From: Sedimentisphaerales bacterium
GTDB lineage: Bacteria > Planctomycetota > Phycisphaerae > Sedimentisphaerales > SM23-30
DNA: 64,000 nt
Direction: 5' to 3' (one strand)
Assembly: GCA_963666285.1 (NCBI GenBank)
Contig: OY762711.1
Below, one piece after another: positions 18,681 to 27,819 of this stretch. The notes under the pieces were generated by a model. It saw only the letters and a program-made list of their open reading frames with translations. It did no database searches and was not told where the DNA came from. The position numbers and the translations under genes were made by a program. Within the stretch, counting starts at the first letter, position 1, and the number at the start of each line of letters is the position of its first letter.

Positions 18681-19881
18681 GGCAAGCGAAAAGCCCCAGA
18701 AGAAAAGTCCTTATGATGACTTCTGGTATTCTGCTATACCTGCTTTGTCGGCGGCTGGCGTTCCGGTTACACCTGAGAACGCATTAAAGGTTAGTGCGAT
18801 ATGGGCCTGTAACAAGGTTATATGTGAGACAATAGCATTATTGCCATTTCTGACATATCAGAAACAGCCGGACGGCGGTAAGCAGCGAGCCGAGAACCAT
18901 TATTTGTATTTACTGCTTAAAGAATCGCCTAACAAGATTCAGACAAGCTTTGAATGGCGTATGACGCTATTAACACATAAAAACCTTTACGGGCGTGCAT
19001 ATAGCCCGATTAAGCGTGATTACTTTGGCAATATAATAGAGTTTGGTTTACCGATACACCCGACCCAGGTACAGAACCAGTTAATGACCGATGATACTTT
19101 ACGGTATAAAGTGACAAGGAACGGTGAAAGCCGCATATATTTACAAGATGAAATGCTGTATTTACCTGGTATTACTTTGAATGGTTATGATGGTATATCA
19201 CCTATTGAAGCGGGCAGCGATACTATCGGGTTGGCAAGGGCTACCGAGTTATTTGGTGCTAAGTTCTTTCAAAAAGGAGCAAGGCCGAACGCTGTATTAG
19301 AACATCCTAACACCTTATCGGAAACCGCACAGAAGCGACTTGTCAAGTCTGTAAAGCGTATGGCAGAAGAAGGCGTATTAGTTACTGAGGAAGGTATTAA
19401 ATATTCTTCAATGTCAAATACGCCGGAAGAATCGCAGTTTTTACAGACCCGCCAACACCAGATAGAGGAAGTATGCCGCTGGTATCGTATGCCGCCGCAT
19501 AAGATAGCACATTTACTTAGATCGACCTTTACCAATATAGAACACCAAAGCTTAGAATTTGCGACAGATACTATTTTACCGCAGGTTAAAAGCTTTGAAG
19601 GCCGTATAAAGAAAACTGTATTAACTGGTGATGATTACTTCTGTGAAATGCTAATGGAAGGCTTGTTAAGAGGTGATATCAAAACCAGACAGGACGCATA
19701 TACAAAGGAATTTTACCGGGGTACATTGTCTCGTAATGAGATACGGATTTTAGAAAACCGAAACCCTATCCCCGGTGGTGATAACTATTACATGCAAACA
19801 AACATGACCAGAATTAGCGAAGATGGCACAATTGAAAGTTCTGGTATTGAACAGGTGAAAGAGCCAACAGATGAAGAATAA
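18652..19881 (+). CDS. HK97 family portal protein
   Basis: ENALKVSAIWAC, GYDGISPI, QFLQTR, PPHKI, LLRGD, NEIR..EN. Confidence 0.97.
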   Translation: MLKSLLNIFKASEKPQKKSPYDDFWYSAIPALSAAGVPVTPENALKVSAIWACNKVICETIALLPFLTYQKQPDGGKQRAENHYLYLLLKESPNKIQTSFEWRMTLLTHKNLYGRAYSPIKRDYFGNIIEFGLPIHPTQVQNQLMTDDTLRYKVTRNGESRIYLQDEMLYLPGITLNGYDGISPIEAGSDTIGLARATELFGAKFFQKGARPNAVLEHPNTLSETAQKRLVKSVKRMAEEGVLVTEEGIKYSSMSNTPEESQFLQTRQHQIEEVCRWYRMPPHKIAHLLRSTFTNIEHQSLEFATDTILPQVKSFEGRIKKTVLTGDDYFCEMLMEGLLRGDIKTRQDAYTKEFYRGTLSRNEIRILENRNPIPGGDNYYMQTNMTRISEDGTIESSGIEQVKEPTDEE

Positions 19882-20710
19882 AAATAAAATCTGGCACATA
19901 CACGAGGATTACGCCGCTGATATTAAAGACATTATTACCGAATGTCACGATATGGAAAAGCCGCAAAATGCAAGCTGGTATGAAAAAGCTGCTACGCTAA
20001 ATGTGGTCGGTTCTGCCGGTGTAATACCAATTCAAGGGCCGCTATTTAACCGGGACAGTGCATACTCCCGCTATTTCGGCCAGAGTTACCAAAACTTGAA
20101 TAACCTGTTAGATCAGGCTATGAGTAATAAAAAGGTAAACCGTATCATACTTGATATTGACAGCCCCGGCGGTGACGCTATGGGAATGGATGAGATGAGC
20201 GGTAAGATTGCTTCTATGCGGTCACATAAACCTATTATAGCTATGGTTAACGGCTGGATGGCTTCTGCTGCTTATGGTATTGGCTCGGCGGCAAGTGAAA
20301 TTGTGGCAATGCCTACCAGTCAGTCCGGCAGTATTGGTACTCTGGTAATTCATCAGGATGTCAGTAAGGCATTAGATAAGATGGGTATCAAGCTTACTAT
20401 TGTCAAAGCCGGTGAACATAAAGTTGAGGGCAACCCATACGAGCCGTTAAATAAAGATGCTAAAGAATATCTACAATACCAGGTTAACCAGTATTACGAC
20501 CGCTTTGTTAATACCGTTGCCAGTAACCGCAATACAACAGCAGACAATGTTAAAGCTACTTACGGTAAAGGTAGAATGTTAATTGCAAGTGATGCTTTAC
20601 AGGCCGGTATGATCGACCGTATAGCAACATTTGAACAGATAATGAGGGGAAGTCCTGTCAATAAACAGGCAATGCGTAATAGGCTGAGACTTGCGCGGAC
20701 AGCAAGCTAA
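19871..20710 (+). CDS. S49 family prohead protease
   Basis: DIDSPGG, MASAAY, GSIG, GEHKVEGNPYEPL. Confidence 0.95.
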   Translation: MKNKNKIWHIHEDYAADIKDIITECHDMEKPQNASWYEKAATLNVVGSAGVIPIQGPLFNRDSAYSRYFGQSYQNLNNLLDQAMSNKKVNRIILDIDSPGGDAMGMDEMSGKIASMRSHKPIIAMVNGWMASAAYGIGSAASEIVAMPTSQSGSIGTLVIHQDVSKALDKMGIKLTIVKAGEHKVEGNPYEPLNKDAKEYLQYQVNQYYDRFVNTVASNRNTTADNVKATYGKGRMLIASDALQAGMIDRIATFEQIMRGSPVNKQAMRNRLRLARTAS

Positions 20711-20756
20711 ATATACGCTATATGTAAACACCATTTCATTTAAAGGAGTAAAGAGA

Positions 20757-22058
20757 ATGGATAAGTTATTTAAGCTTAGAGCGAAGCATAAAGAGATTTG
20801 CGACAAGGCCGACGCAATTCTCAATCCAGAAGACGGCCACGAAATTACAGAAGATGAGCAGGCAAAGTTTGACGAGCTTATGGAAAGTGCCGAAAAGGTA
20901 CAGCAGCAGATCGTCAATGAAGAAAAGCTTATCGACCAGAAGCGTACTGTCCCGGCACAGAGTACAGATACTACAATTAGTAATGTACATGACCGCCGGG
21001 AAGATGACCCGACTTGTGGTTTTTCTAACCTGGGCGAGTTTGCAACTATTGTACATGCCGCCGGTCAGGGTGGAGTCAGACCGGATGAAAGATTACTTGT
21101 TTCCGCTGCTGCTTCCGGTGCTAATACCCAAACCGGATCGGAAGGCGGCTTTGCTATCCCGCCTCAGTTTTCAACTACCATACATGAAGGTTTGATGGCA
21201 GATGAGGCAAGCCTTCTATCCTTATGTGACCAGTACACAGTAACCGGCTCAAGCCTTACATTCTCTGCTGTTGATGGTAATGTAAGAAGTGGCGGTTCTC
21301 GCTATGGCGGTGTTGTTGCGTTTTGGGTTAAGGAAGGTAACAAAATTAAGAGCAGCGATTATAAGCTACGTGAAATGGAGCTTAAACCGCAAAAGCTGGC
21401 GGTATTGATACCCGCTACAAATGAGCTGCTTAGTCAGGCTGTAGCGGCTGACCAGTTTATTTCCAGGGCTGCAACATCGGCATTGAAAGCAAAGGTTAAT
21501 GATGCCATTCTAAACGGTAATGGTACAGGTAAACCGCATGGCATTATGAACTCTGGCTGTTTACTTGGTATCGATGCCGAAAGTTCACAGTCAAAACAGA
21601 CTATTGTTGCACCTAACATTAATAAGATGTGGGCGCGTATGCCTGCCGAATGTCGTAACCGTTCTATCTGGTTACATAATCATGGTTGCAGCGAGCAGTT
21701 CGACGGTTTGAATGTAATATCAACTGATAGTGCAGGTTCTAAGACGGTTGTTGGTTTGTCTTCCGGTATTTATAACAGCGGTAAGGAAACGCTAAAAGGC
21801 CGTCCAATGCTGACAACTGAGTATTGTAAAGAACTTGGTACAAAAGGCGATATTGTCCTTGTTGACCCTTCTTTCTATGCTGTTGGTTTGCGTGGCGGTG
21901 TTAAATCTGCAATGAGTATTCATTTGCGGTTTGACTATGATGAATCTGTTTTCCGCTTTACCTTCGAGCTTGACGGTCAAAGCTGGCTGAATGGTGTAAT
22001 TATACCTGAAAACGGCCCGGAACTATCGCCAATGATAGCACTAAACAATCGTAAATAA
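20757..22058 (+). CDS. Major capsid protein (HK97 fold)
   Basis: N-terminal coiled delta domain, EGGFAIP, GNGTGKPHGI, TLKGRP; start after AAGGAG. Confidence 0.95.
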   Translation: MDKLFKLRAKHKEICDKADAILNPEDGHEITEDEQAKFDELMESAEKVQQQIVNEEKLIDQKRTVPAQSTDTTISNVHDRREDDPTCGFSNLGEFATIVHAAGQGGVRPDERLLVSAAASGANTQTGSEGGFAIPPQFSTTIHEGLMADEASLLSLCDQYTVTGSSLTFSAVDGNVRSGGSRYGGVVAFWVKEGNKIKSSDYKLREMELKPQKLAVLIPATNELLSQAVAADQFISRAATSALKAKVNDAILNGNGTGKPHGIMNSGCLLGIDAESSQSKQTIVAPNINKMWARMPAECRNRSIWLHNHGCSEQFDGLNVISTDSAGSKTVVGLSSGIYNSGKETLKGRPMLTTEYCKELGTKGDIVLVDPSFYAVGLRGGVKSAMSIHLRFDYDESVFRFTFELDGQSWLNGVIIPENGPELSPMIALNNRK

Positions 22059-22102
22059 TACGGTTATTAACTATTAACTTCATAGTATGGAGATTTAAGA
22101 TA

Positions 22103-22576
22103 ATGAAATCTGTTATAGAAGAATCAAAGTATGTATCAGCACTAGCACCAATTACCCCGGCTAGTTCTGTACCTGCTTTTGTAAGCCTGGAGAACTATAG
22201 AAAGCTGGCTGTTGTTATTACTGTTGACAATGGAACAGATGTAACCGGCTCTGCTATTTCCTTGATCCAGGCTAAGGATGCAGAAGGTGCGGACGCTAAA
22301 GCTTTATCGTTTGATACTGTATTTGCAAATATTGATACCGATTCCGGTGATACATTAGTTAAGACAGAAGTTGAATCAGATACTTTTACTACTGATGCAA
22401 CTGCTGACGCTAACCTGTTGTATGTGATTGGAATTGATGTCGCCGACCTTGATGTTAACGAGGACTTTACCCATGTAAGGCTTGTTACCGCTGACGGTGC
22501 TAATATGGCGTTAAGTGCTGTATATCAGCTTTACGAAGGCCGCTATCACCAGGAAACGCCGCCTTCAGCAGTGTAA
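22103..22576 (+). CDS. Probable head decoration/cement protein
   Basis: Acidic beta-rich ORF immediately after capsid. Confidence 0.55.
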   Translation: MKSVIEESKYVSALAPITPASSVPAFVSLENYRKLAVVITVDNGTDVTGSAISLIQAKDAEGADAKALSFDTVFANIDTDSGDTLVKTEVESDTFTTDATADANLLYVIGIDVADLDVNEDFTHVRLVTADGANMALSAVYQLYEGRYHQETPPSAV

Positions 22577-22649
22577 TATACTAAAAGTTTTCTTCATTTT
22601 TTATGTGTGACTGTCTAAATGGCAGTCACACTAATATATTTAATGTTTA

Positions 22650-22738
22650 CAATTGCAATTATTCGTTAGGGCGTATTGTAAATATTGGCAATATAGAATA
22701 TCAACAAGCGGCTAAATAAAATACACAAGGTGTACATG
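22650..22738 (+). promoter_or_regulatory. Conserved late leader/promoter motif, copy B
   Basis: CAATTG-N13-GGGCGT-N14-CAATAT-N10-CAAGCG...TACAC-AAG-GTGTA-C-ATG. Confidence 0.6.
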
Positions 22739-23293
22739 AATCATAAAGTAACAATAGAACCAAATACCGAGCCTGTAACACTGGAAGAGGCTAAAACACA
22801 TTTGCGGGTAACTTCAACCGCAGAGGATAGTTATATATCGTCTTTGATTACTATTGCCCGGCAATGGTGCGAAGGCTACGAAAATACCAAGTATATTACT
22901 CAGACAGTTACAGTTAAATACAATGCTATGAGAAGTGTTATCGAGTTGCCAGTTGGCCCGGCTCAGTCTGTAACTTCATTTAAGTATATTGATGATGACC
23001 AGATCGAACAGACAATTGATACAGCCGATTATGTGCTTGATACTTATAGTATGCCGCCTCTGGTATATGAGGCTTATGATGTTGAGTTCCCGACACCTTT
23101 GGATATTAGAAACGCTGTTGAAATCGTTTATGTTGCCGGGTTCGGTGATGCTGACGCTGTACCTGAAAGAATCAAGCAGGCTATAAAACTGATACTTACT
23201 CATTTGTATGAACACCGGGAACAGAACAGCGAGTTAAAACTTGAAGAAATGCCAATGAATGCAAAAGATTTATTGTTTGAGAGGGTATTTTAA
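22736..23293 (+). CDS. Head-tail connector (gp6-like)
   Basis: EPVTLEEAKTHLRV, VPERIKQAI..HLYEHRE. Confidence 0.93.
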   Translation: MNHKVTIEPNTEPVTLEEAKTHLRVTSTAEDSYISSLITIARQWCEGYENTKYITQTVTVKYNAMRSVIELPVGPAQSVTSFKYIDDDQIEQTIDTADYVLDTYSMPPLVYEAYDVEFPTPLDIRNAVEIVYVAGFGDADAVPERIKQAIKLILTHLYEHREQNSELKLEEMPMNAKDLLFERVF

Positions 23294-23613
23294 TGCAGGT
23301 TGGACAGTTAAGGCATTTAGTAGAATTGCAGAATTATAGCACAACTGTAAACAGCGATTACGGTGAGCCGGTAAAAAACTGGACAACCTTTGGTGATGCT
23401 TGGGCTAGTATTAAGCCGGTATCAGGTCAGGTTAAAGAACAGGGTAATCGTGAAACTGCCAGCATAACACATAGTATTGTAATCAGGTATAACGCCGATT
23501 TGGATGAGAATTGCCGCATAGTATGGGAAGATAGAGTTTTTGAAATTGTAGCTATTCAGAACTATCAGCAGCGCAATATATTTATGATAGTAACAGCCAG
23601 GGAACAGAAATGA
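23293..23613 (+). CDS. Head closure protein (SPP1 gp16-like)
   Basis: MQVGQLRHLVELQ...WASIKP...THSIVIRY. Confidence 0.92.
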   Translation: MQVGQLRHLVELQNYSTTVNSDYGEPVKNWTTFGDAWASIKPVSGQVKEQGNRETASITHSIVIRYNADLDENCRIVWEDRVFEIVAIQNYQQRNIFMIVTAREQK

Positions 23614-24056
23614 GCAGTTTAGAAGGTTTTGACAAGCTTGAAAAAAAGCTGCTTAAAATGGAAAAGACACAGGCAAAGAATATTGTCCGTAAAGCAAACA
23701 GAGAGGCTCAGAAAGTCACACTTGCACAGGCAAAGGCAAACGCTGTTTCTATGGTTGGCGGTGAAATGGGTAATAAGATAAGCGGTGCATTAAAGGTAAA
23801 GGCAGCTCGCAGGCAAAAGCCTGGTGAATACCGGACAAATGTTGAAATTGATTCAAAACGTGCAGAAGAGTTTGTACATAATACCGAGTCAGGTGAAAGG
23901 TATTTTATCCCGACCGCTATAGAATATGGACATATTTCAACTGATGGCGGTTTTGTACCACCAATACCGTATATGTGGAAAGCAGCAGAAACAACCAAAG
24001 ATTCACGTATAAAGGTAATGGAAAAGGAAATCAAAAAAGGTATTGAATCAGTATGA
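23610..24056 (+). CDS. HK97 gp10-like tail component
   Basis: LEGFDKLEKKL, IEYGH, PPIPYM. Confidence 0.88.
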   Translation: MSSLEGFDKLEKKLLKMEKTQAKNIVRKANREAQKVTLAQAKANAVSMVGGEMGNKISGALKVKAARRQKPGEYRTNVEIDSKRAEEFVHNTESGERYFIPTAIEYGHISTDGGFVPPIPYMWKAAETTKDSRIKVMEKEIKKGIESV

Positions 24057-24487
24057 ACAGTGCAGAAAAAGCAATATATAAGCTTCTGGCAAATTGCAGC
24101 CAGGTAACGGCTTTAGTGGCTGAACGGATATCGCCGGAACTGGGCGAGTCTAAAGATATTATGCCATATATTACATATAACCTTATCTCTGAAGAAAGAG
24201 ACCATGTATTAGATGGTGTAGGTGGTATGAGTAAAGCACGTATGCAGCTAAATTGCTGGTCTGGCAGTTATACAAGCACTGTAGAGCTTAAAAATGCTGT
24301 AGTTGAAGAATATAACAAGTCAGATGAAACCGGCGGTATAGACGGCTTTAGTGGTTCTATTGATGACTTAATAATACAGTGTGTACATGTAAATGATATA
24401 AGTGATATTTTTGACTATACAGAGGGTACAGATAAATCGAAACGCTACGGCAAGCGAATAGATATACAGTTATGGTATAACCTGTAA
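24053..24487 (+). CDS. Tail terminator (DUF3168-like)
   Basis: RISP..PYITY..IS, RMQLNCWS; synteny. Confidence 0.85.
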   Translation: MNSAEKAIYKLLANCSQVTALVAERISPELGESKDIMPYITYNLISEERDHVLDGVGGMSKARMQLNCWSGSYTSTVELKNAVVEEYNKSDETGGIDGFSGSIDDLIIQCVHVNDISDIFDYTEGTDKSKRYGKRIDIQLWYNL

Positions 24488-24508
24488 CAGCTTTAAAGGA
24501 GTAAAGAG

Positions 24509-24910
24509 ATGAGCGGTGCAACACATGGTTACGGCACAACATTTAAGGGCAGCAGTGCCGGTATTATCGGCGAGTTAATTTCGATCACAATCGGCGGTTT
24601 GACCGTTGATATGATTGAAGTATCAAATATGGATAGTCCTGATGCGTATAAGGAATTTATCGCCGGGATGATTGATGCCGGTGAAATAACATTTTCAGGT
24701 AATTATATTAAGGCAACTTTTAGTTCTCTGAAAGATGCAGCAGACGGCAGAGAGGCAGAAGATTGGACGGTAACTTTCCCTGATGGTGCAAGCTGGAAAG
24801 GTTCCGGCTATGTTTCCGGTATTTCCGGTACATCACCTAATGATGACAAGATTACTGCCGACATAACAATTAAACTAACTGGCAAGCCTGAATTTTCGGC
24901 AGGTGCATAA
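24509..24910 (+). CDS. Major tail tube protein
   Basis: IEVSNMDSPDAYKEFIAGMIDAGEITF, KLTGKP. Confidence 0.9.
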   Translation: MSGATHGYGTTFKGSSAGIIGELISITIGGLTVDMIEVSNMDSPDAYKEFIAGMIDAGEITFSGNYIKATFSSLKDAADGREAEDWTVTFPDGASWKGSGYVSGISGTSPNDDKITADITIKLTGKPEFSAGA

Positions 24911-24946
24911 TTTAATATAACATTCTAATACAAGGAAGTAGCAAAG

Positions 24947-25291
24947 ATGTTGACAAGAGAAGATATACTTAATTCAAAAGACCTTACTATACAGGTTGTT
25001 TCTGTCCCTGAATGGGGAGGCGATGTAATTGTAAAGACAATGTCAGGCGTTGAACGTGACGCATTTGAAGCGTCTATAGTACAAGGTGGTGTAACGGATA
25101 CCCGCAATATACGTGCTAAACTTGCCGCTATGAGCGTTGTAGATTCAAGTCGTAACCTGATGTTTACCCAGGCTGATATTGTAGAGCTTGGCAATAAGTC
25201 GGCGGCGGCCCTGGATAGAATATTTACGGTAGCCAGTAAGCTATCGGGTATTAGCCAGAGCGATATAGATGAACTTGAAAAAAACTCGTAA
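24947..25291 (+). CDS. Tail assembly chaperone (gpG-like)
   Basis: VPEWGG, ends ELEKNS with slippery site. Confidence 0.88.
   Translation: MLTREDILNSKDLTIQVVSVPEWGGDVIVKTMSGVERDAFEASIVQGGVTDTRNIRAKLAAMSVVDSSRNLMFTQADIVELGNKSAAALDRIFTVASKLSGISQSDIDELEKNS
25279..25285 (+). promoter_or_regulatory. Programmed -1 frameshift site A AAA AAC
   Basis: -1 frame is open (LVNHPFRQFVFTLAGHLG) and continuous with ORF 25339. Confidence 0.85.
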
Positions 25292-25338
25292 ACCATCCAT
25301 TCAGGCAATTTGTATTTACCCTTGCCGGTCATTTAGGA

Positions 25339-25593
25339 ATGACAGTCAATGAACTGTTAAACCGGATGACCAGCAAGGAACTATCCGAATGGATGGCATA
25401 TTATAAAGTTAATCCTTTTGGCGAATGGCGGGCAGATTTTAGAAATGCCTTATTGTGCCAGGTTAACGCTAATCTGCATAGTAAAAAGAATTATAACCTT
25501 AAAGAATTTATGCCAACATTTAGCCGGTTCAAAAAAATGATGAGCTGGCAGATGATGAAAGAACTGTTAAAGGCAACATGTAAACATACATAG
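25339..25593 (+). CDS. Tail assembly chaperone frameshift extension (gpT-like)
   Basis: MTVNELL.RM.S.EL.EWMAYY...PFGE.RAD. Confidence 0.85.
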   Translation: MTVNELLNRMTSKELSEWMAYYKVNPFGEWRADFRNALLCQVNANLHSKKNYNLKEFMPTFSRFKKMMSWQMMKELLKATCKHT

Positions 25594-25608
25594 TATGTAA
25601 AGGTCATT

Positions 25609-27012
25609 ATGGCAACTGTAGCAACATTATTAGTAAACCTTACCGCAAAGACTGTATTGTTTGAGCGTAATATCAAGCGAAGTCGTAAGAAGCTTAACAG
25701 GTTTGAAAAAGCCGCAAAAGCAAGCGTGACGGCTGTTTCCAGAGTCTTTAAGGCTATGGGTATAGCAGCGGCGGCGGGCTTTGGTGCTGTTTCTGTGGCT
25801 GTTGGTAAGTCTATGGGTAAAATTGACAGTATTGCCAAATTATCCGACCGGCTTGGAATTGCGACAGAGGATTTAATAAAACTGCAACATGCCGCCGAAC
25901 TGTCCGGGGTTAAAACTGAATCGCTGAATACTTCCATACAAAGGATGGTTCGGCGTGTTGGTGAAGCTGCACAGGGTACAGGAGAGGCCAAAAATGCCCT
26001 GGTAGCTTTGGGGGTAGATGCCAAGAAACTCAACCGGGAAGGCCCGGCAAAAGCACTTTTAACGCTGGCTGATGCCTTTGCTAAAGTTCCGAGCCAGGCA
26101 GATCGTGTTAGATATGCCTTTAAACTATTCGATACTGAAGGTGTGGCAATGCTGCAAATGCTGCAAGGCGGTTCCGGTTCAGTACGTGAAATGATGGCTG
26201 AGATAGATAAGTTTGGTGGTGCAATAAACCGGGTTGACGCTGCACAGGTTGAAGCTGCTAACGATGCTATTACTAACCTGAAGAAATCAACCGCCTTGCT
26301 TACTGACAAGCTTGCTGTGGGCCTTGCGCCGTATATACAGTATGTAAGCGACTTGTTTATTGATATGCGTTCCAGCGGTGTTATAAGCACAAATAGCATA
26401 AACAAGGGTTTGGAAAAGACCTTTAGAATAGCAAATATTATCGCAAAAGCTTTTAATGTTGTTCATGGAATACTGAAAATAGTGTCGGCTTTTATAGGTG
26501 GTGTTATAACCTTATTCAGTGGGCTTACAAGTGTTGTTCTTGATGTAGTGTCGGCAGTGTCAAAACTGGTTGGTAAGCTGCTTGACTTGCAGTCAGTATC
26601 AGATTTTGCCGAATCGACAGGCAATAAAGCAAGGGAGCTTGAAGCTTTTGCAACTGAATTAAGTAAACAAAATAACAATCTTGCCAAAGAAGGGTTAAAC
26701 CAGATATTTTCCTTTGATGATGGTAAAAAGACAATAGATAAAATATTCAATGAGGTTGAAAAAAGGCGTAAAGCTACAGAACTGAAGATTAAGACCAGAG
26801 ATAAAATAGGTTCTGTTAGTGAAAGTATGCCGGTGTCTGCTGCTATGAAAGGCGGCTCAATAATTAGTATTGATGCCGGTGCTGTTTCTGTTGGCTCGCT
26901 TGGCTCTTCATTGAGTAATAACAAAATAGCCCAGAACTTAAAGGCAAACGAAAAAACAGCACAGAACACAACGGCAATAGCAAATACTATCCAGAATGTT
27001 GTATTGAGGTAA
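25609..27012 (+). CDS. Tape measure protein (short, 467 aa)
   Basis: MATVATLLVNLTA, Ala-rich helical, follows chaperones. Confidence 0.88.
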   Translation: MATVATLLVNLTAKTVLFERNIKRSRKKLNRFEKAAKASVTAVSRVFKAMGIAAAAGFGAVSVAVGKSMGKIDSIAKLSDRLGIATEDLIKLQHAAELSGVKTESLNTSIQRMVRRVGEAAQGTGEAKNALVALGVDAKKLNREGPAKALLTLADAFAKVPSQADRVRYAFKLFDTEGVAMLQMLQGGSGSVREMMAEIDKFGGAINRVDAAQVEAANDAITNLKKSTALLTDKLAVGLAPYIQYVSDLFIDMRSSGVISTNSINKGLEKTFRIANIIAKAFNVVHGILKIVSAFIGGVITLFSGLTSVVLDVVSAVSKLVGKLLDLQSVSDFAESTGNKARELEAFATELSKQNNNLAKEGLNQIFSFDDGKKTIDKIFNEVEKRRKATELKIKTRDKIGSVSESMPVSAAMKGGSIISIDAGAVSVGSLGSSLSNNKIAQNLKANEKTAQNTTAIANTIQNVVLR

Positions 27013-27015
27013 TAG

Positions 27016-27819
27016 ATGTCAGTAGTATATACAGATTTAATCGATGGTGACGCTGCAACCTATACCCGACGTGGTTGGGAAAATATCAGCCGTTCAGCTT
27101 TGGTAAGTGGTATTAGCCCAAGTATTAGCGGTCATGCAAAGATAATGCAGGCTTTTAATATATTAGAGCTTGATATTGGTATGCAGCATCCAAGTTTTGA
27201 CAATAACTATATCCGTTCTATTTCGCCGACTTCGATAGCTTCTGATACTGTAACATTCCTAATACAGTATGAGCAAATGACCGGCTTTGCAGATGAAATA
27301 AGCGGCGGTGGTGGACTGATACAGATTGAAACTAACCTGGATCGGAACGGCAAAGCAATTGTTTTAGAATACACGTATCCTGATGACTATGCTATTGATA
27401 TAAAATATGCCGGGCAGACAGATAAAGTAAGCAAGTTAATAGCTGTTGATAAGTCAGTTGTGCCATTGTCAATTAAACGCAGACAGATATTTTCTGCTAT
27501 TCAGAAGCCTCAGCAGCTTGCGGAAAGCTATGTCGGTAAAGTCAATAGTGATAACTGGTCTGTTGCCTTTGATGGTGCAACTCGCAGATGGAAATGTACA
27601 GGTATAGACTTTAATTATGTACTTCCAATATTTAATTCAGGCAAACAGTATGTTTATGATATGACATATCAGTTTCAATATAATTCTAACGCCTGGAATG
27701 AGTCGCTTATTTATGTTGACCCCAATACCGGCAATCCGCCCGAAGATGCCGAGGCAGATGAATTTGAAGTATTAGACCAGATAGCTTTTAACAGCCTTAT
27801 TGACAGTATAATTACATGA
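27016..27819 (+). CDS. Putative tail (distal tail/hub) protein
   Basis: Position after tape measure; beta-rich. Confidence 0.55.
   Translation: MSVVYTDLIDGDAATYTRRGWENISRSALVSGISPSISGHAKIMQAFNILELDIGMQHPSFDNNYIRSISPTSIASDTVTFLIQYEQMTGFADEISGGGGLIQIETNLDRNGKAIVLEYTYPDDYAIDIKYAGQTDKVSKLIAVDKSVVPLSIKRRQIFSAIQKPQQLAESYVGKVNSDNWSVAFDGATRRWKCTGIDFNYVLPIFNSGKQYVYDMTYQFQYNSNAWNESLIYVDPNTGNPPEDAEADEFEVLDQIAFNSLIDSIIT

Noticed and set aside
22605..22631. Hairpin GTGTGACTGTC/GGCAGTCACAC as a terminator
   Set aside because: Good stem but no following T-tract; may be a processing or stability hairpin, not called
25491..26969. 304-aa and 168-aa - strand ORFs
   Set aside because: Antisense shadows of the Ala-rich tape measure gene
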